Assembly (NCBI GenBank): GCA_951804945.1
Contig: OX638154.1
Span: 99,758,001 to 99,822,000, forward strand
DNA from: Podarcis cretensis
Lineage: Eukaryota
Reading direction: 5' to 3'
DNA length: 64,000 nucleotides
This document shows, piece after piece, positions 13,151 to 25,401 of the stretch. Positions within the stretch are counted from its first letter, which is position 1, and each line of letters starts with the position of its first letter. Below the pieces are notes generated by a model. It saw nothing but the letters and a program-made list of their open reading frames with translations. It searched no databases and was not told where the DNA came from. The position numbers and the translations under genes are program-made.

Positions 13151-13833
13151 GTCTTAACCATGGTTTGCAACTAGCTTTTTTTTTTAACAAAGTAAGTTTT
13201 TTTAAAAAAATAATAATAATCAGATGTCAAAGCAAGCTACGATTTATAAAAAATGGAAGTGAAAGCCTTCAAACCTTGTGGTTACACCGGGGGGGGGGGG
13301 GCAATGAACCCAAGACTACCACAGGCTCATTTCCATCCCAGTGAACTACAGCTCATCATGTCAGTTGAATAACTCCAGTGTGACACGATGGTTTGATTGT
13401 TGGATTTGGACATGAAAAACAAATTTTCATATCCACAGTGCTTTACTTTCTCCCAGCATTGTTGTGAGGCTAAAGTACTCCTCTGAGCTCTTTGGAGGAA
13501 AAAACAACATGCAGGTATAATAAACAAATGGGACCAGCAACAAAATTTTGCAGTGTGGCCTAAAGAAAGTATTTCTGTTCCAGGTTCCAGCCAAGCATCA
13601 TGTCCAAGCATGGCATTTCACACTCTTCCGTTTTTCCTTTCCATGTCTCACTGCACATGCTGTTGCTACTGAACACACTTAGAGCTCATAGGACTGTTGG
13701 GAGGTGGTTTGACCCCTGGAGTCTTTCTTTTTGAAATGCATTTCTTAAAATCTTGGGATTCTTCCAGCATCCCTCTTGTTTCAGTGGCTTCATTTTGGCT
13801 ACAGTTCTGTTAGTATTCATCATCTGAGTTTTC

Positions 13834-13963
13834 TGGCCAAACTTGGCCCTCCAGCTGTTTTGGGACTACAATTCCCATCACCCCTGACCACTGGTCCTGT
13901 TAGCTTGGGATGATGGAAGTTGTAGTCCCAAAACAGCTGGAGGGCCAAGTTTGGCCATGCCTG
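13834..13963. mobile_element. Palindromic hAT-type MITE, same family as 7497-7629
   Basis: Fold-back TGGCCAAACTTGGCCCTCCAGCTGTTTTGGGACTACAA...TTGTAGTCCCAAAACAGCTGGAGGGCCAAGTTTGGCCA. Confidence 0.85.
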
Positions 13964-14145
13964 GATTAAGTGATAAATGCAAGATCAATTTTCATTACTT
14001 GACTGAATTGCGTGTTGGTGTTGGTGTGGATTAGAGTTCTGAAATTATAAACGTTTGGTTTCACTCATCCTGATATTTTTTAGGCTATAAAAGAACAGCA
14101 TCCAAGAAAATTCATTTTGCTTTCTAATGTGCTTTGCCCTTGTAG

Positions 14146-14391
14146 GCAAACGGTGTGAATTGTGCGATGATGGCTATTTTGGAGATCCTCTTGGTGAGAA
14201 TGGCCCCGCCAGGCTTTGCCGCCTCTGCCAGTGCAGTGACAACATTGACCCCAATGCTGTTGGGAATTGCAACCGCTTGACGGGCGAATGTCTGAAGTGC
14301 ATCTATAATACGGCTGGTTTCTACTGTGACCGGTGCAAAGATGGATTCTATGGGAATCCCTTGGCTCAGAATACAGAGGACAAGTGCAAAG
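14146..14391 (+). CDS. LAMC1: LAMC1 exon 14 (LE repeats including the nidogen-binding NIDPNAV loop at 14241-14261)
   Basis: ttgtag| acceptor, G|gtatgt donor; 246 nt; [16 protein letters not shown]...[27 protein letters not shown]. Confidence 0.98.
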
Positions 14392-14817
14392 GTATGTGTC
14401 TGTAATACGTTCTTTCTTACAATCCAGTGTTCTAGGTTAGAACACAAGACACTCCCCATCTCCTAGGCACTTGTAATCATTGTGGTGAAACTGAACATAA
14501 TCTTTCTTCTTGAACTTGTAAAGAATAGTTGCTTGCCCTTTGCAGGGAGGCATCCCCGGATTTATGTATTGCAACATTTTGAATAATAAAACACCTGAAA
14601 TACAAAATAGTACTTTTGCACTTTCCCCCATTGAGGGTGCACCCTTCACACATCCCACTAAGGGGAGATGGTGAGACTTCTGTTTCCAACATGGTACAGA
14701 AGCACTGAAAACACAAAGTGCCTTGGGCTTCCTGCGACTTCAACTAGTCCACAGCTGTTCTCCGAACCCTTTCTTATTAGAAAATACGCGTTGATGGGTC
14801 CACTTTTGCTCCTGCAG

Positions 14818-14971
14818 CTTGCAACTGTAATCCTTACGGCACGGTGAACTTACAGACCAACTGCAATCAAGTAACGGGGCAGTGTGAGTGCCTTCCGCAC
14901 GTCACAGAAAGGGACTGCAGCTCTTGTCAGCCTGGCTTCTACAACCTGCAGAGCAGACGGGGCTGTGAGAG
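14818..14971 (+). CDS. LAMC1: LAMC1 exon 15 (ACNCNPYGTVNLQTNCNQVTGQCECLPHVTERDCSSCQPGFYNLQSRRGCER)
   Basis: ctgcag| acceptor, AG|gtgagc donor; 154 nt. Confidence 0.96.
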
Positions 14972-15674
14972 GTGAGCTGTGTCCCACTGCTCTCAGCTTG
15001 TCACAAGAACTCTTTGGGGGAAGCTTAGGAGAGCAGTGGTGGCAAAAAAGGGGCCTATAACTCCTTCCCAGAAGATCAGTATGGTGGCACCCTCCCTTCA
15101 TATACCTACTTAAAATCCCACCTTTTCTTTGAAGACATTACTTAACCTTTTAGTCCCTCTTCCTTCATAAACTGCCTTAATAGCTACACTTTGGCCAGTT
15201 CCCCCCTTCCCTTGCTTTTTCCTAGGCTGATAATAATAACCGGCTGAAATTTTGGGACATTGCTAATTACTATTGCAGGTGGCAGTAACTACATTGTAGG
15301 TCTGTTTCTGTGACCCTGGGGTGGATCTCAATCCAGTTCTTAGGAGGGAAGAAGTTGCTCCTCAAATAGTAGACTAGCATTTAGAAGGCTGCCTTATTGA
15401 GCTAGCAGTCTTCCACTTTGTGAGAGTTTTTTGGATGTGTCTAAGGCTTATATTTTTATGGAAAGCAGGCAAATGGACTTTATCTTGTATTTCATATTGG
15501 CACTTTTTGATGCAGCATTATTTCAGACTTCTCATGGCGAATGTGACTTGCATTGCGCTGTACCCAAATCAAACATGATGGTCATGTGCAGTCTTACTGC
15601 TTTAACTATGTGCCTTAATGCTAAAAAATGTGTCCTTTTTCTTCTTCCTCCTCCTCCTCCTCCTCCTCTGGTAG

Positions 15675-15817
15675 GTGTAACTGCCATCCCTTGGGTTCCA
15701 CTAATGGCCACTGTGAAATACAGACAGGGCAATGTGAATGCCAGCCAGGCATTACTGGGCAGCGTTGCGAGAGATGTGAGGCAAACCATTTTGGATTTGG
15801 TCCTGAAGGCTGCAAAC
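15675..15817 (+). CDS. LAMC1: LAMC1 exon 16 (CNCHPLGSTNGHCEIQTGQCECQPGITGQRCERCEANHFGFGPEGCK)
   Basis: tggtag| acceptor after a (CCT)n tract, C|gtaagc donor; 143 nt. Confidence 0.96.
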
Positions 15818-17916
15818 GTAAGCAAGGGGGCAGGGAACATGGTTTTTCTTTCCCATCATTTTCTCTTACATTTGTTTATCACCATTTTTTCTTCTCTGTT
15901 GAAAATGTGTTTCGTTGCTCACCACTATTCGTGTGTTTATGGACTTGGACATCACAAGAGGCTCTTTGCGTCACCCTCCCCATTTTTTTCTTTTGTCTGT
16001 CTGCTTCCTGCATGTTGTGTGAGTTTCAAGTCTATTGAGGATGTTTTTTGCAGTTGTGTGAGTCTTAACTTTCTCCCTCTAGGGCATTATGATTGCATAT
16101 ACTTGTAGACCATCTGCTGCTCGTTGTCATAAACACTTGCTCTGAGTTTTGTCCCAGAACTGACCTGTTTTCTGGCTGTTACACTCCTACGCCTCTACTC
16201 TGGAATGTGGCCTTTAGCTGCTAACTTGAGCTTGAGAACATGCAAAGTGTGTCAGATTGGGACATACATTCCTACTTATCTAAACCCTCCCATCTCTGGT
16301 TCCCTAATATCTCAAATGTAAAGTGAATCTAAGCGTTGGTTTGATACAGTGCCCCAGTGAACATGCATCTGTGGTTCCCTGCAAACCGTGGCTTGCAGAT
16401 TGGAAGCTGGCCTCAGGAGTATTGCTGTATTCCCACCTTCCCTCTGCAGAGCTGTCTTCCCTTTGCAGCATTATCCATAGTTTTATGTTGAATAAGTAAA
16501 CATCCGATTGAGAGATGAAAATCATTGTTTGGAAAGTGCTTGGGACCCAGTATTTGTGTTGGTGAGCATATAATGCTGATTCTGCCTGGCAAGGAGAGGT
16601 TAGAGAATAGGGAAGGAAGGGGGACAAGGAGGCATTCATTTCAGTTTGCAAGCCATGATTTCTGGGGAGCCACCATTTGACCTACTGCATGTGCACAGCT
16701 CTGCTGGCAAGTGTCACTTGAAGTGTGACTACGTCTACAAGAGTAGAGAATTTGTGCCAAGCTTTTTGCATAGTTAAGCATGAATGGATTTCGTATTATT
16801 AAGGTGTGACATGAGAAGCAGACCTCAAAGCTCCTTCGTAGGGTCTTGTTCTTGCAAACAGCAGATGAGGTGGTAAGTCTATGTTCGTAAGAATGTAATG
16901 CTTACTAAATGAGTAGCTGTTTTAGTTTTGCTAGTAGCTCAATGTCTAAGTGCATTGAAAGATGCAAAATTATGTGGTTTTGCCTACCATTTTCATCTTG
17001 CAGGTGTATGTTGTATAATATGTACGTTTGTAGATCACCCAGAAATACTCTCTCACAGCCCAGATGGAGCAAGTAAGGCTCACTGAGGTCCATGGGCAGA
17101 GTTTATATGTAAGTTTGCACACTTGCATCTTGATATTAAAAGACATATCAGATATGGGATATTAACACAATACCTTTCGAAAAAGTCTTTGCTTCGCAGA
17201 CCAGACAAATCCCATCATCACTGGTATTTTCACAGAATGGACACACCTTTCAAACCTCCACCTTTTTGGCCCACTTTTGCCCTTAGGCGGGATGAAAGTG
17301 TGTGCTTATTTGGATCAGCATAGAGTACTGACATGCACACTGGGTTTCTCTTGGTCTTAATGAAAACCGGACTTGGAGGCATCTACAAAATGAGAAGCAG
17401 GCTGAAAGAAAAAGTTTGTTGCTTTCTTTGCTTTGTGTCGAGGACAAAGTTGACTTGGAAGGTTGTGCTTACACTTGAAGGAATAGCCACAATGCCATAC
17501 AACCTATTTCATGTGATAATGAGCACACCAATAATTGGTTAGATGGGTCTTTCACAAAAGGTGCGAACTAGCAGATTTACTCACAATTGATCCCTTAGGC
17601 TTCAGCGAGTCTTAACTTGCTCAAGCTGAGCTATCATGAAAGTGATTGCAAACTTTCATATGCATACGACTTACAGATCCAGTCAGCTGTAGTCATAAAT
17701 GTACAGTTTCCACATCACACTAGACAACAAAGATTCCTTTATGCCTTAAAGACCTACAAATGTTAGTTTTGTTAATCCTGTGGCACTTTAAAGATGTTCG
17801 TTGGTCTTCAAGGTATAACAAAACTGTTTAAGTTCGTCCTGAAATATATTCATCCAAATCCCCTTTTCTCATTTTCCTCTTCCTCATAATTATTTTTAAA
17901 TCTTGTCTTTCTGCAG

Positions 17917-18095
17917 CTTGTGACTGTGACCCTGAAGGTTCTCGATCTCTTCAGTGCAAAGAGGATGGCCGCTGTGAGTGCAAAGAAGGTTTTGTTGGGA
18001 ACCGCTGTGACCAGTGTGAAGAGAACTATTTCTACAATCGATCTTGGCCAGGCTGTCAAGAATGCCCTGCATGCTACAGATTGGTGAAAGATAAG
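17917..18095 (+). CDS. LAMC1: LAMC1 exon 17 (last LE repeat, PCDCDPEGSRSLQCKEDGRCECKEGFVGNRCDQCEENYFYNRSWPGCQECPACYRLVKDK)
   Basis: ctgcag| acceptor, AAG|gtcagg donor; 179 nt. Confidence 0.97.
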
Positions 18096-19381
18096 GTCAG
18101 GCTTGTAAAACTGTGTGTTTTTGTCAGTTCAGCTAAGTTTGCAAATCATGGTTGTAAATGACCTTTGGTTGTATTAATCATATTTTGTTTGGGTGGTCAT
18201 GTAATTTATTAACCTGGAGAAATGAAGGGAGAGGGGGACATTGCTCCAGAGAGGGGAGAGTAGTGGGAGGAAAGCCCATTCTCAAGGCTGGCTCCAGATT
18301 TACAGCCTGTTGATCTGCACTGGCTGCGTTTGTACATTATGCTGAGCCATGTTTTTTTCTCATCATGGAGTCATTGCACAGATGAGCAAACAAGCCATGG
18401 CTTGCTTCTCCAAAACTTGGTTTGTTTTCCAGCTGCTTTGCCTTGTGCCTCTATCTTGGCAAGCATGTGGCGTGGGGTAGCTAAACAAACAATGCTTAAG
18501 AAGGGCTGTTGGATTTGGAAGTAATGCCAAACCATTGTTTTAAGCCACGGCTTCACATAGTGGTTTGTTGATAGAAAGCAAACCATGGTTAAGTCAGCTG
18601 GATTGAGTTGGGTTTGAAAGTCTCTTAAAATACACACTTCCAAATGTGTAGGAGCCAGAGGATGATAATGTACCAATTTGTACATAGTCTGGGATGTGTG
18701 GATAAGGTCTGTTTATGTTAGAATTTTCAAAATGCGAGTTCTCCAAATAGCCCTAATTGCAAGGCAAGGGGAGCGTGGTGCAGACCTCTCAACACCTTGT
18801 CTTTCTTGACTGCTTTGACCTGTCCAGAGGGGATTGACTAGTTGGGTCCAGTGTGCGGCGAATGCATCACACCGTTGTGCAGGGTGTGGGGTTTTCTCCC
18901 CTTAAAAAGGCAGTGACAATCCCCCCCACCCCGCTTCCTCAAAAAAAGTCCACAGTGGACCCATAACTTTTATTGCAAAGTGTTCCTTGGTTTACAATGC
19001 AGCTTCAGAAGTTGTTGGAAGATACCAGTTATATCACCCAGGCATTTGGAGAAGTCTGCCAAATTGTTATCCATCCGGTTGAGTTTAACTGCTTGTTCTT
19101 TTAATATGTTCTTTAATATGTTAGGAACACTGTCAAAACCTTTGCAGATTATTTCCCACACAAGCATGAGTACTAAAAACTGGCAAATACGACAACCTTA
19201 GGCTTCTCCAGCTTAATTGGAAACATGTGCTAACACAGAGAGATTGTCGCCATGTGAAGTCCTATACTTAATTGTAGAGAGAGATCTGTAGATGAGGACT
19301 GAGTGATTCCTACTGGAGTCTCAAACACTTGGCAAGTGGAAACATCTTTCCTCATCCCTCCTTTCTGTCATTTCTGTTTAG

Positions 19382-19538
19382 GTGGCAGAACAGCGGGAGA
19401 GATTGCAGGAGCTTGAAAATCTTATAGCCAACATAGGAACAGGTGAAGAAACTATAACTGATCAGGCTTTTGAAGACAGGCTGAAAGAAGCTGAACGAGA
19501 TGTCATGGACTTGCTTCAGGATGCCCAAAACAGCAAAG
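19382..19538 (+). CDS. LAMC1: LAMC1 exon 18 (coiled coil, VAEQRERLQELENLIANIG...DAQNSK)
   Basis: gtttag| acceptor, G|gtgggg donor; 157 nt. Confidence 0.96.
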
Positions 19539-19735
19539 GTGGGGGGGACAGATTTCTTTCTGAATACCCTTGTTTCCCCAGGATTGTCGCATGTTATTGA
19601 TTGGGCTTTTGTATTTGGGGTGGGGGGTTTAGTAATTCTGTCACTGCAGCAACTGAGGAGCTGAGATTGTCGCTCCCTAGCTGTTCCCCAAAGATGTGCT
19701 GCATTTGTTTCTGCTTCTAGAAATTATGTTCCATT

Positions 19736-19872
19736 GGGATAGCTCAGCTGATAGAGCATGAGACTGTTAATCTCAGGTTCATGGGTTCGAGCCCCACATT
19801 GGGCAGTAGTTTCCTGCATTGCAGGGGGTTGGACTAGATGACCTTCACGGTCCCTTCCGACGCTGCAATTCT
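19736..19872 (+). mobile_element. SINE with tRNA-Lys-derived head and CR1-derived tail
   Basis: TAGCTCAG..TAGAGCATGAGACT.TTAATCTCAGG..TGGGTTCGAGCCCCAC fused to the CR1 3' end GCAGGGGGTTGGACTAGATGACC. Confidence 0.8.
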
Positions 19873-20869
19873 CTAGTTCTGTGGTTTCGCCACGCTGGGA
19901 TCATATGATGAGGTGGGCTAGAAATTCTCTTACAAATAAATTATAAATAAATATTTCAAAAGAGATGTGATCTTCTGAAAGTAATAACATTGAAGTAGTT
20001 AGGTTTTAGTGTTTGATGACGATAGCAGTGGTGTATTCTTTTGTGATTAAAAATGGAAACCAAATTTAAAAGTCTCTTTCCTAAAAGTTTAATCCAAAGT
20101 ATACAGGTTCTTTTTCTGGATTTCCCAAATCAGAAAATAGCTTAATTTGTTCAACAAGCAATTGTGAAAGAATTTTGTAACTCAAAGCAGGGGTTTCCAG
20201 GGGTCTTGGTGGGGTTTTTTTGGGTTTTTTAACTCCACCCTGTGTGCAGTAGAAAGAAGCTGTACCATGGTTCCTGTCATAATTTGTTATCTGCAAGTGT
20301 TTTGTCCCTGCCCAAAGGAATGTTTAATCTGAAAGTGAAAGAGTGAAAGATAGTGAAAGAGACAGCTGGGGAGAAAGGAAAGGGTAACAAGGGATGAATA
20401 TAACCAACTACAGTTAAAACTTTGTGTCAGTCAGGGATTAGGAAGAACCAAGGGCTTCATGAGAAGAGATGAGTTCAGAGGAAGAACTTGAAGAAATTCT
20501 GGTTGACGCTCTGCTTTTGCTGTGTGTGGTCCTAATTGAGAAGTGCTGCCCTCTTAAGAACACCTTTTATTGATTTTAAAGTTCACCTCCATGAAGTTCC
20601 TCTCTAAAATCCTCTGCCCAAGATTCTTTCAGTTTGACCATTTCCATATCCTTGGGAAATGCCCAAATGCTGCCAAAGTCTTGGGAGTTTTTGCAACCAC
20701 CTTTCTTTACATTCCTGTTCACACTTTTTTTCCTTTTTTTTTTTTTTTTTTTTAGTAAAAGCAATTATCAGTAAAAGCATGTGGACACAATGCCTTATTC
20801 TTGTTCATGCATCATCTTTTTGTGCAATTAGTTCAGTCTGTACATGTTGCTTGGCTTGGTCTGTTCCAG

Positions 20870-21075
20870 ATGTAGACCAGGGCTTGATGGATCGCTTGCA
20901 GGAGATCAACAGAACTCTGTCCGGCCAACTTGGTCGGTTGAGGAACATCCAGAACACGGTGGAAGAGACAGAGAATCTGGCTGAGCGGGCCCAAGCCCGG
21001 GTGGACAGCACACAGGAACTGATTGAAACAGCTTCAGATATGCTGCAGAGAGCAAAGGCGGCAGTTGCTAATGTG
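20870..21075 (+). CDS. LAMC1: LAMC1 exon 19 (DVDQGLMDRLQEINRTL...AKAAVANV)
   Basis: ttccag| acceptor, GTG|gtgagt donor; 206 nt. Confidence 0.96.
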
Positions 21076-21426
21076 GTGAGTGGTTCTTGTGTTCCTTTTT
21101 GAAAGAGCTAAAATTACTGAATTTGAGTGCCTTGAATATTTGAGATATTGGCAACCTTGTGCTGAGTTCCTCTTTCTCTCTCTCAAATGTTGAGTCACGA
21201 ATAAGTGTTTTCTTGGGCCTCACTGTGTATTTCCATACCTACACAGACCAGGGGAAGAGGGAGAACCACACAAGACTTGCCTGTATCAGCAAGGGCCCCA
21301 TATTTCTCACCGTGTCTAGCTCCAGGCAGTACTTTAGACCCAGTCGTAATCTGAGAAGGCAAGTAGCGACTGCTCATTTGTTTAAAAATATAAAAGCCCT
21401 TAAAAGTCTGTTTGGTTCTTCTCCAG

Positions 21427-21506
21427 TCTATTACTCCACCAGAATCAACCAGCGACCCCAACAACATGACTCGCCTGGCAGAAGAAGCCCGCCAGCTGGC
21501 TGCTCG
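21427..21506 (+). CDS. LAMC1: LAMC1 exon 20 (SITPPESTSDPNNMTRLAEEARQLAAR)
   Basis: ctccag| acceptor, CG|gtaagg donor; 80 nt. Confidence 0.95.
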
Positions 21507-23370
21507 GTAAGGCCCATGGCATCTTTAGCATACCTTCTGCACTTTTAACTCTCTTGGTGTTGGTGAATACCATGCGCTTCCTTCATGAAGGATCCCACGT
21601 GATGGAACCGCCTCCTCATGGAGGTTCACTCGTCCCACTCCATGATTTATTTTTGCCAGCAAGTGAAGACCACTTTCTTTACACAGGTATTTGAGGAAGG
21701 AGATTGAGCAGAAATTGAGAATTTTTAGGACAGCTGCCGGTTGTACTTTTGGACTGATGGATTAGCTGCTTTGTGATGGTGCTGCATTTTAGCCTGTTTT
21801 CCTTGTTTTCTCCATTTGTTCTGAGCATGGAAAGGGCAGTTTTATAAATGTAATAAATAATATAGCAACACATTGTCAAGAAACACAAGGCTGCCCCTCC
21901 TCAAGTCACTTTCATCTTCCCCTCTTGCAGCATACTTTAAGATTACACCTACCACCCTCCCTTTTACTGTTCTTCACACTTGAACCACCAGCCCAGCCCC
22001 TCTCTCCTTTGGGGGAACTGTTCCCTCCCTGCTCCCATTCTATCCCCCATTTGTTCTTAGCTTTCCATTTTGCCCTAAGGTGAATAGAACAAGGGAGGCT
22101 CATAATGGAGCAGTCTCAGCATAGCCATAAACTGCTTGAATGGCGCTGCTTCTAATTATTTAACTGAGGGTTGCATCTTAACAAGGCATATTTATCTTTT
22201 CTACAGTACTGAATGCACAGTGCATACTTAAGCACTGTTTAGGTTACAAAGGGGTGCTTGCATGTATAAATAGCAGATTCTACTTTTGAAATGCATGGTG
22301 TGCAGTTTCTCATTGTGCTTCTTTTAAGGAGAAGAAAAACCTACAAAAAGCATACATTAAAGCATAACTAATGTGTTACGTATATACCGGTATTTTGTGT
22401 ATGTATATCTGTACGTAAATTCAAAATGCTTTGTAAGAACTGGCCCTGAAGGGTGCAGTCTCGGCCAGATAAGCGAGTATATTACCTGTCTGCTCAAAGC
22501 AAGTATGCCATCAGTTTGTCCTCTTCCCCCACCTTCTGTTCTGATAACACTGGCAAGTATCTGCTAGCTCAGTCTGTTGTATGTCTCTTTCCTTCCCCTC
22601 CCCACCCCGTTCCCGCTTTTATATTAGTCACTTCCTGTTTGAACAGTCTTGTTGAGTAATGGGAAAACAGGCAATTATTTGGGAGAGACCAGGATCTGAA
22701 TCCCCTTACATGAACAGAGACTGTTGGTTAACCAACTCACAAAACAATGGAAGTCCTTCATCCACCACAGGCCCATGAAAAGCTGGAGTGCTTCAACCAC
22801 TTCTTTAAGTTCCTCCCCTTTTAATTTTAATCTGGGTTCTCTGAATCTTTCCCTCCCACGCACCCCTTAAAGAAAAGAAAAAAAACTAGCTGGAAAACAG
22901 TGGGTTTCTACAAGCTTTTGAAAGAGAGCTATTGTGTCAGTCCTTTGCGAGAAGTGGAGAGGCAGCCACCTCTAGCTATTGTGAATGGCCAGCCAGTGGC
23001 ATTGACAGCATGGATCTTTGACACTTCTGAAGAGGAACGGGAGGATCCAGGAGTCATGCCTCTACTCCTGCCTGCCTCTCCTATGTTGTGCTGCTACTTG
23101 GCTAGAGAATACACCAGCAGAAAACATGGAGTATTGTCTTTATGCAGCAGCACACTTGAGGTGCACTTGACCAAGAGGCTGGCTATTGCTGTTTTAGGAA
23201 TAGGCTGTGTTGGCTACATTCTCAGGGACAATTCAGGCAGTGTTCCTGAAACTGAAGATTTATGGCATGTTTTAATTCTCTTTGAAAATGATGCCTAGGG
23301 TCTAACTCCGACTATAATGTTTGGAGAGAAAACAATGGCGGTTCTCTAACCATTTCGTTTTGCTCTCTAG

Positions 23371-23508
23371 GCACAAGCAAGAAGCAGATGACATTGTTCG
23401 TGTAGCTAAAGAAGCAAATGATACGTCGACACAAGCATATAAGCTGCTCTTGGAGACACTGGCAGGGGAGAATCAGACCATGAATGACATTGGTGACCTT
23501 AATAGGAA
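23371..23508 (+). CDS. LAMC1: LAMC1 exon 21 (HKQEADDIVRVAKEANDTSTQAYKLLLETLAGENQTMNDIGDLNRK)
   Basis: ctctag| acceptor, AA|gtaagt donor; 138 nt. Confidence 0.96.
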
Positions 23509-23923
23509 GTAAGTATGAAGTGAAGACACAAATTGAGATGCTTTATTTTTAAAATGTTTCAACTGTCCAACATGCTGCAGTGATCATAAGAAGCAGAATA
23601 GCTAAAATAGTTACTGTTTATGCAAAAACAGATGACAGGAATTTATATCCAGGAGCCTAAGGCATAAAACCTTTATCAGTATTAGGCTTAGGGAAGTTTT
23701 TATGTGCACATACGAAGCGTATATCTACAATTGTAAGGTGTGAATGAGACCAAAGTGTCTTTAAAGAAATATGGTTCATTCACATACATTCCAAGGATTT
23801 ACTGTAGCTCCCCATTCAGTGTACAGTTTGTGGCATACCTGGATTTGCTACTGCTATTTGTGTGGAATGGCCTTGCTAGATGCAGAACTAGCAACGAAGG
23901 TGCAGGGTTAAAAGCTAAAGGAT

Positions 23924-24308
23924 GTGGAGCTGGCAAAGCTGAAGGGGAAGATTCGGAATCGCCGTGATGAACTGTTCCAAAAGGATTGGGGCAAATTTAT
24001 ACTTTATATGAAAGAAAATTGCAAACAGTTGAAAACGTTTGTAGGTTTAAGTTGAAATGTTTGGTAATGGGAAATTAAGAAGCTGATTTACTTATAAGAA
24101 GGTGATTGCTTTAAGAATGATATAAGGTAAAAAAGTGAAACATAGGAATGTGAAGAAATTGATAAAGTGATATGGAAGTCTGTTAAAGGGAGGGAAGGAG
24201 GTTGATGCTTTATTTAAGTAATGCTTTAAGTTATAAATTCTTTGATTTTTGATTCTGAAATGTAATAAAATATGGAAAACTTAATAAAAATTATATTAAA
24301 AAATAAAT
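23924..24308 (+). mobile_element. 5'-truncated L1-clade LINE (ORF2 C-terminus VELAKLKGKIRNRRDELFQKDWGKFILYMKENCKQLKTFVGLS*, 3' UTR, A-rich tail)
   Basis: 14-bp TSD AAAAGCTAAAGGAT (23910-23 and 24309-22) at a TT/AAAA site; AATAAA before the tail. Confidence 0.85.
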
Positions 24309-24748
24309 AAAAGCTAAAGGATTAAAACAAGGCGGCATTAAAGAACTTAAAAGTTTGGCTGAATACAGCAGTTTTAACTTGGTGCTGGAAATGGCAAAGT
24401 TCAGTTATCAGATATGCTTCTTTTGAGGAAACTGACCTGTACTCCTAGGGAAGAGAAACTCAGATTTTAGTTCTCATAACTGGAGTCCTGGTTCAGACAC
24501 CCTCTCCACACTCCGCCACCACCCCAAAGATCAATTTTAAAGCATGGGTCAGGGCCAGGCCACTTGGGGATACTTAAAATGACCTGTGCCTTTTAAATGG
24601 AAGCTGACTGGTTGCTTGTTCAGCTGTCCATCCATAGGTGCAGTGTATTCCCGGCCAGTTTCAATATTTAATTCAGTGATTTGTGTGTATTTGCATTGAA
24701 CTGTTTAATTGTTTATCTGAAAGCATCTCTGAAATTGTTTATCTGAAA

Positions 24749-24887
24749 CCATTGGTATCTGAAGAAGCGTGCATGCACACGAAAGCTCATACCAATAACT
24801 AACTTAGTTGGTCTCTAAGGTGCTATTGGAAGGAATTTTTTTATTTTGTTTTGACTATGGCAGACCAACACGGCTACCTACCTGTTA
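24749..24887 (+). mobile_element. Penelope-like element pseudo-LTR fragment
   Basis: Hammerhead motif followed by GTTGGTCTCTAAGGTGCTA...CAGACCAACACGGCTACC; 16-bp TSD CTGAAAGCATCTCTGA (24717-32, 24888-903). Confidence 0.82.
24751..24796 (+). ncRNA. Minimal type I hammerhead ribozyme motif
   Basis: Stem I ATTGGTAT/ATACCAAT, core CTGAAGA, stem II GCGTGCATGCACAC, GAAA, palindromic AGCT stem III, predicted cut after C24788. Confidence 0.8.
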
Positions 24888-24914
24888 CTGAAAGCATCTC
24901 TGATTAACTTTATT

Positions 24915-25125
24915 AGAAAGGCTGCCCTATGCTGCAAAACCATTGATCCATCAAGTTCAGTATGATTTGTTCTGACTGGCACCAGCTCTTTTTAGTCTTT
25001 TTAGACTGCTCCAGGCACCAGTCTTTCCCAGCTCTGTTCCCTAAGATCTAAGTTAAAAGATGTCAGAGATTAAATGAGGGACTCATTTGCGTGCAAAAGT
25101 TTGTTCAGCTACTGAGCTGCAGGCC
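24915..25125 (-). mobile_element. Degenerate tRNA-derived SINE (related copies at about 29625-29740 +, 30238-30440 +, 44335-44495 +)
   Basis: Reverse strand reads GCAGCTCAGTAGCTGAACA..TTTGCACGCA like the + copies (AGCTCAGTGGCAGAGCA..TTTGCATG); boundaries approximate. Confidence 0.55.
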
Positions 25126-25256
25126 CTTTTCATCTGCTGCAGCCATACCCACCTACCCACTCCTTGAGCACAGGACCTGTTGCATCCAAAGCAGAAATAG
25201 TACCTTGAGCCAACAGGCCAAAGAGGAACAATAGTAAGGTTGTCTTTGGTTCCTAG

Positions 25257-25401
25257 GTATAACCAGGCAAAAGACATTTCCCGAGATCTAGAAAAGCAGG
25301 CAAACAAAGTCCATGCAGATGCTGAGGAGGCTGGGAATAAGGCCCTGCAGATCTATGCCAACCTCACCAGTCTGCCATCTATAGACTCTGAGGAGCTAGA
25401 G
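25257..25401 (+). CDS. LAMC1: LAMC1 exon 22 (YNQAKDISRDLEKQANKVHADAEEAGNKALQIYANLTSLPSIDSEELE)
   Basis: tcctag| acceptor, GAG|gtatgt donor; 145 nt. Confidence 0.96.

Noticed and set aside
15431-16108. Longest ORF in the track (225 aa)
   Set aside because: Off-frame overlap of LAMC1 exon 16 plus T-rich intron and (CCT)n; no domain signature
17740-17830. Second Penelope/hammerhead remnant
   Set aside because: Only degenerate GTGGCACTTTAAAGA / GTTGGTCTTCAAGGT pieces; no CTGA.GA..GAAA core to allow dimer formation
19736-19810. Apparent tRNA-Lys gene
   Set aside because: The 5' acceptor strand is broken, the anticodon loop is mutated, and it is fused to a CR1 tail, so it is a SINE head
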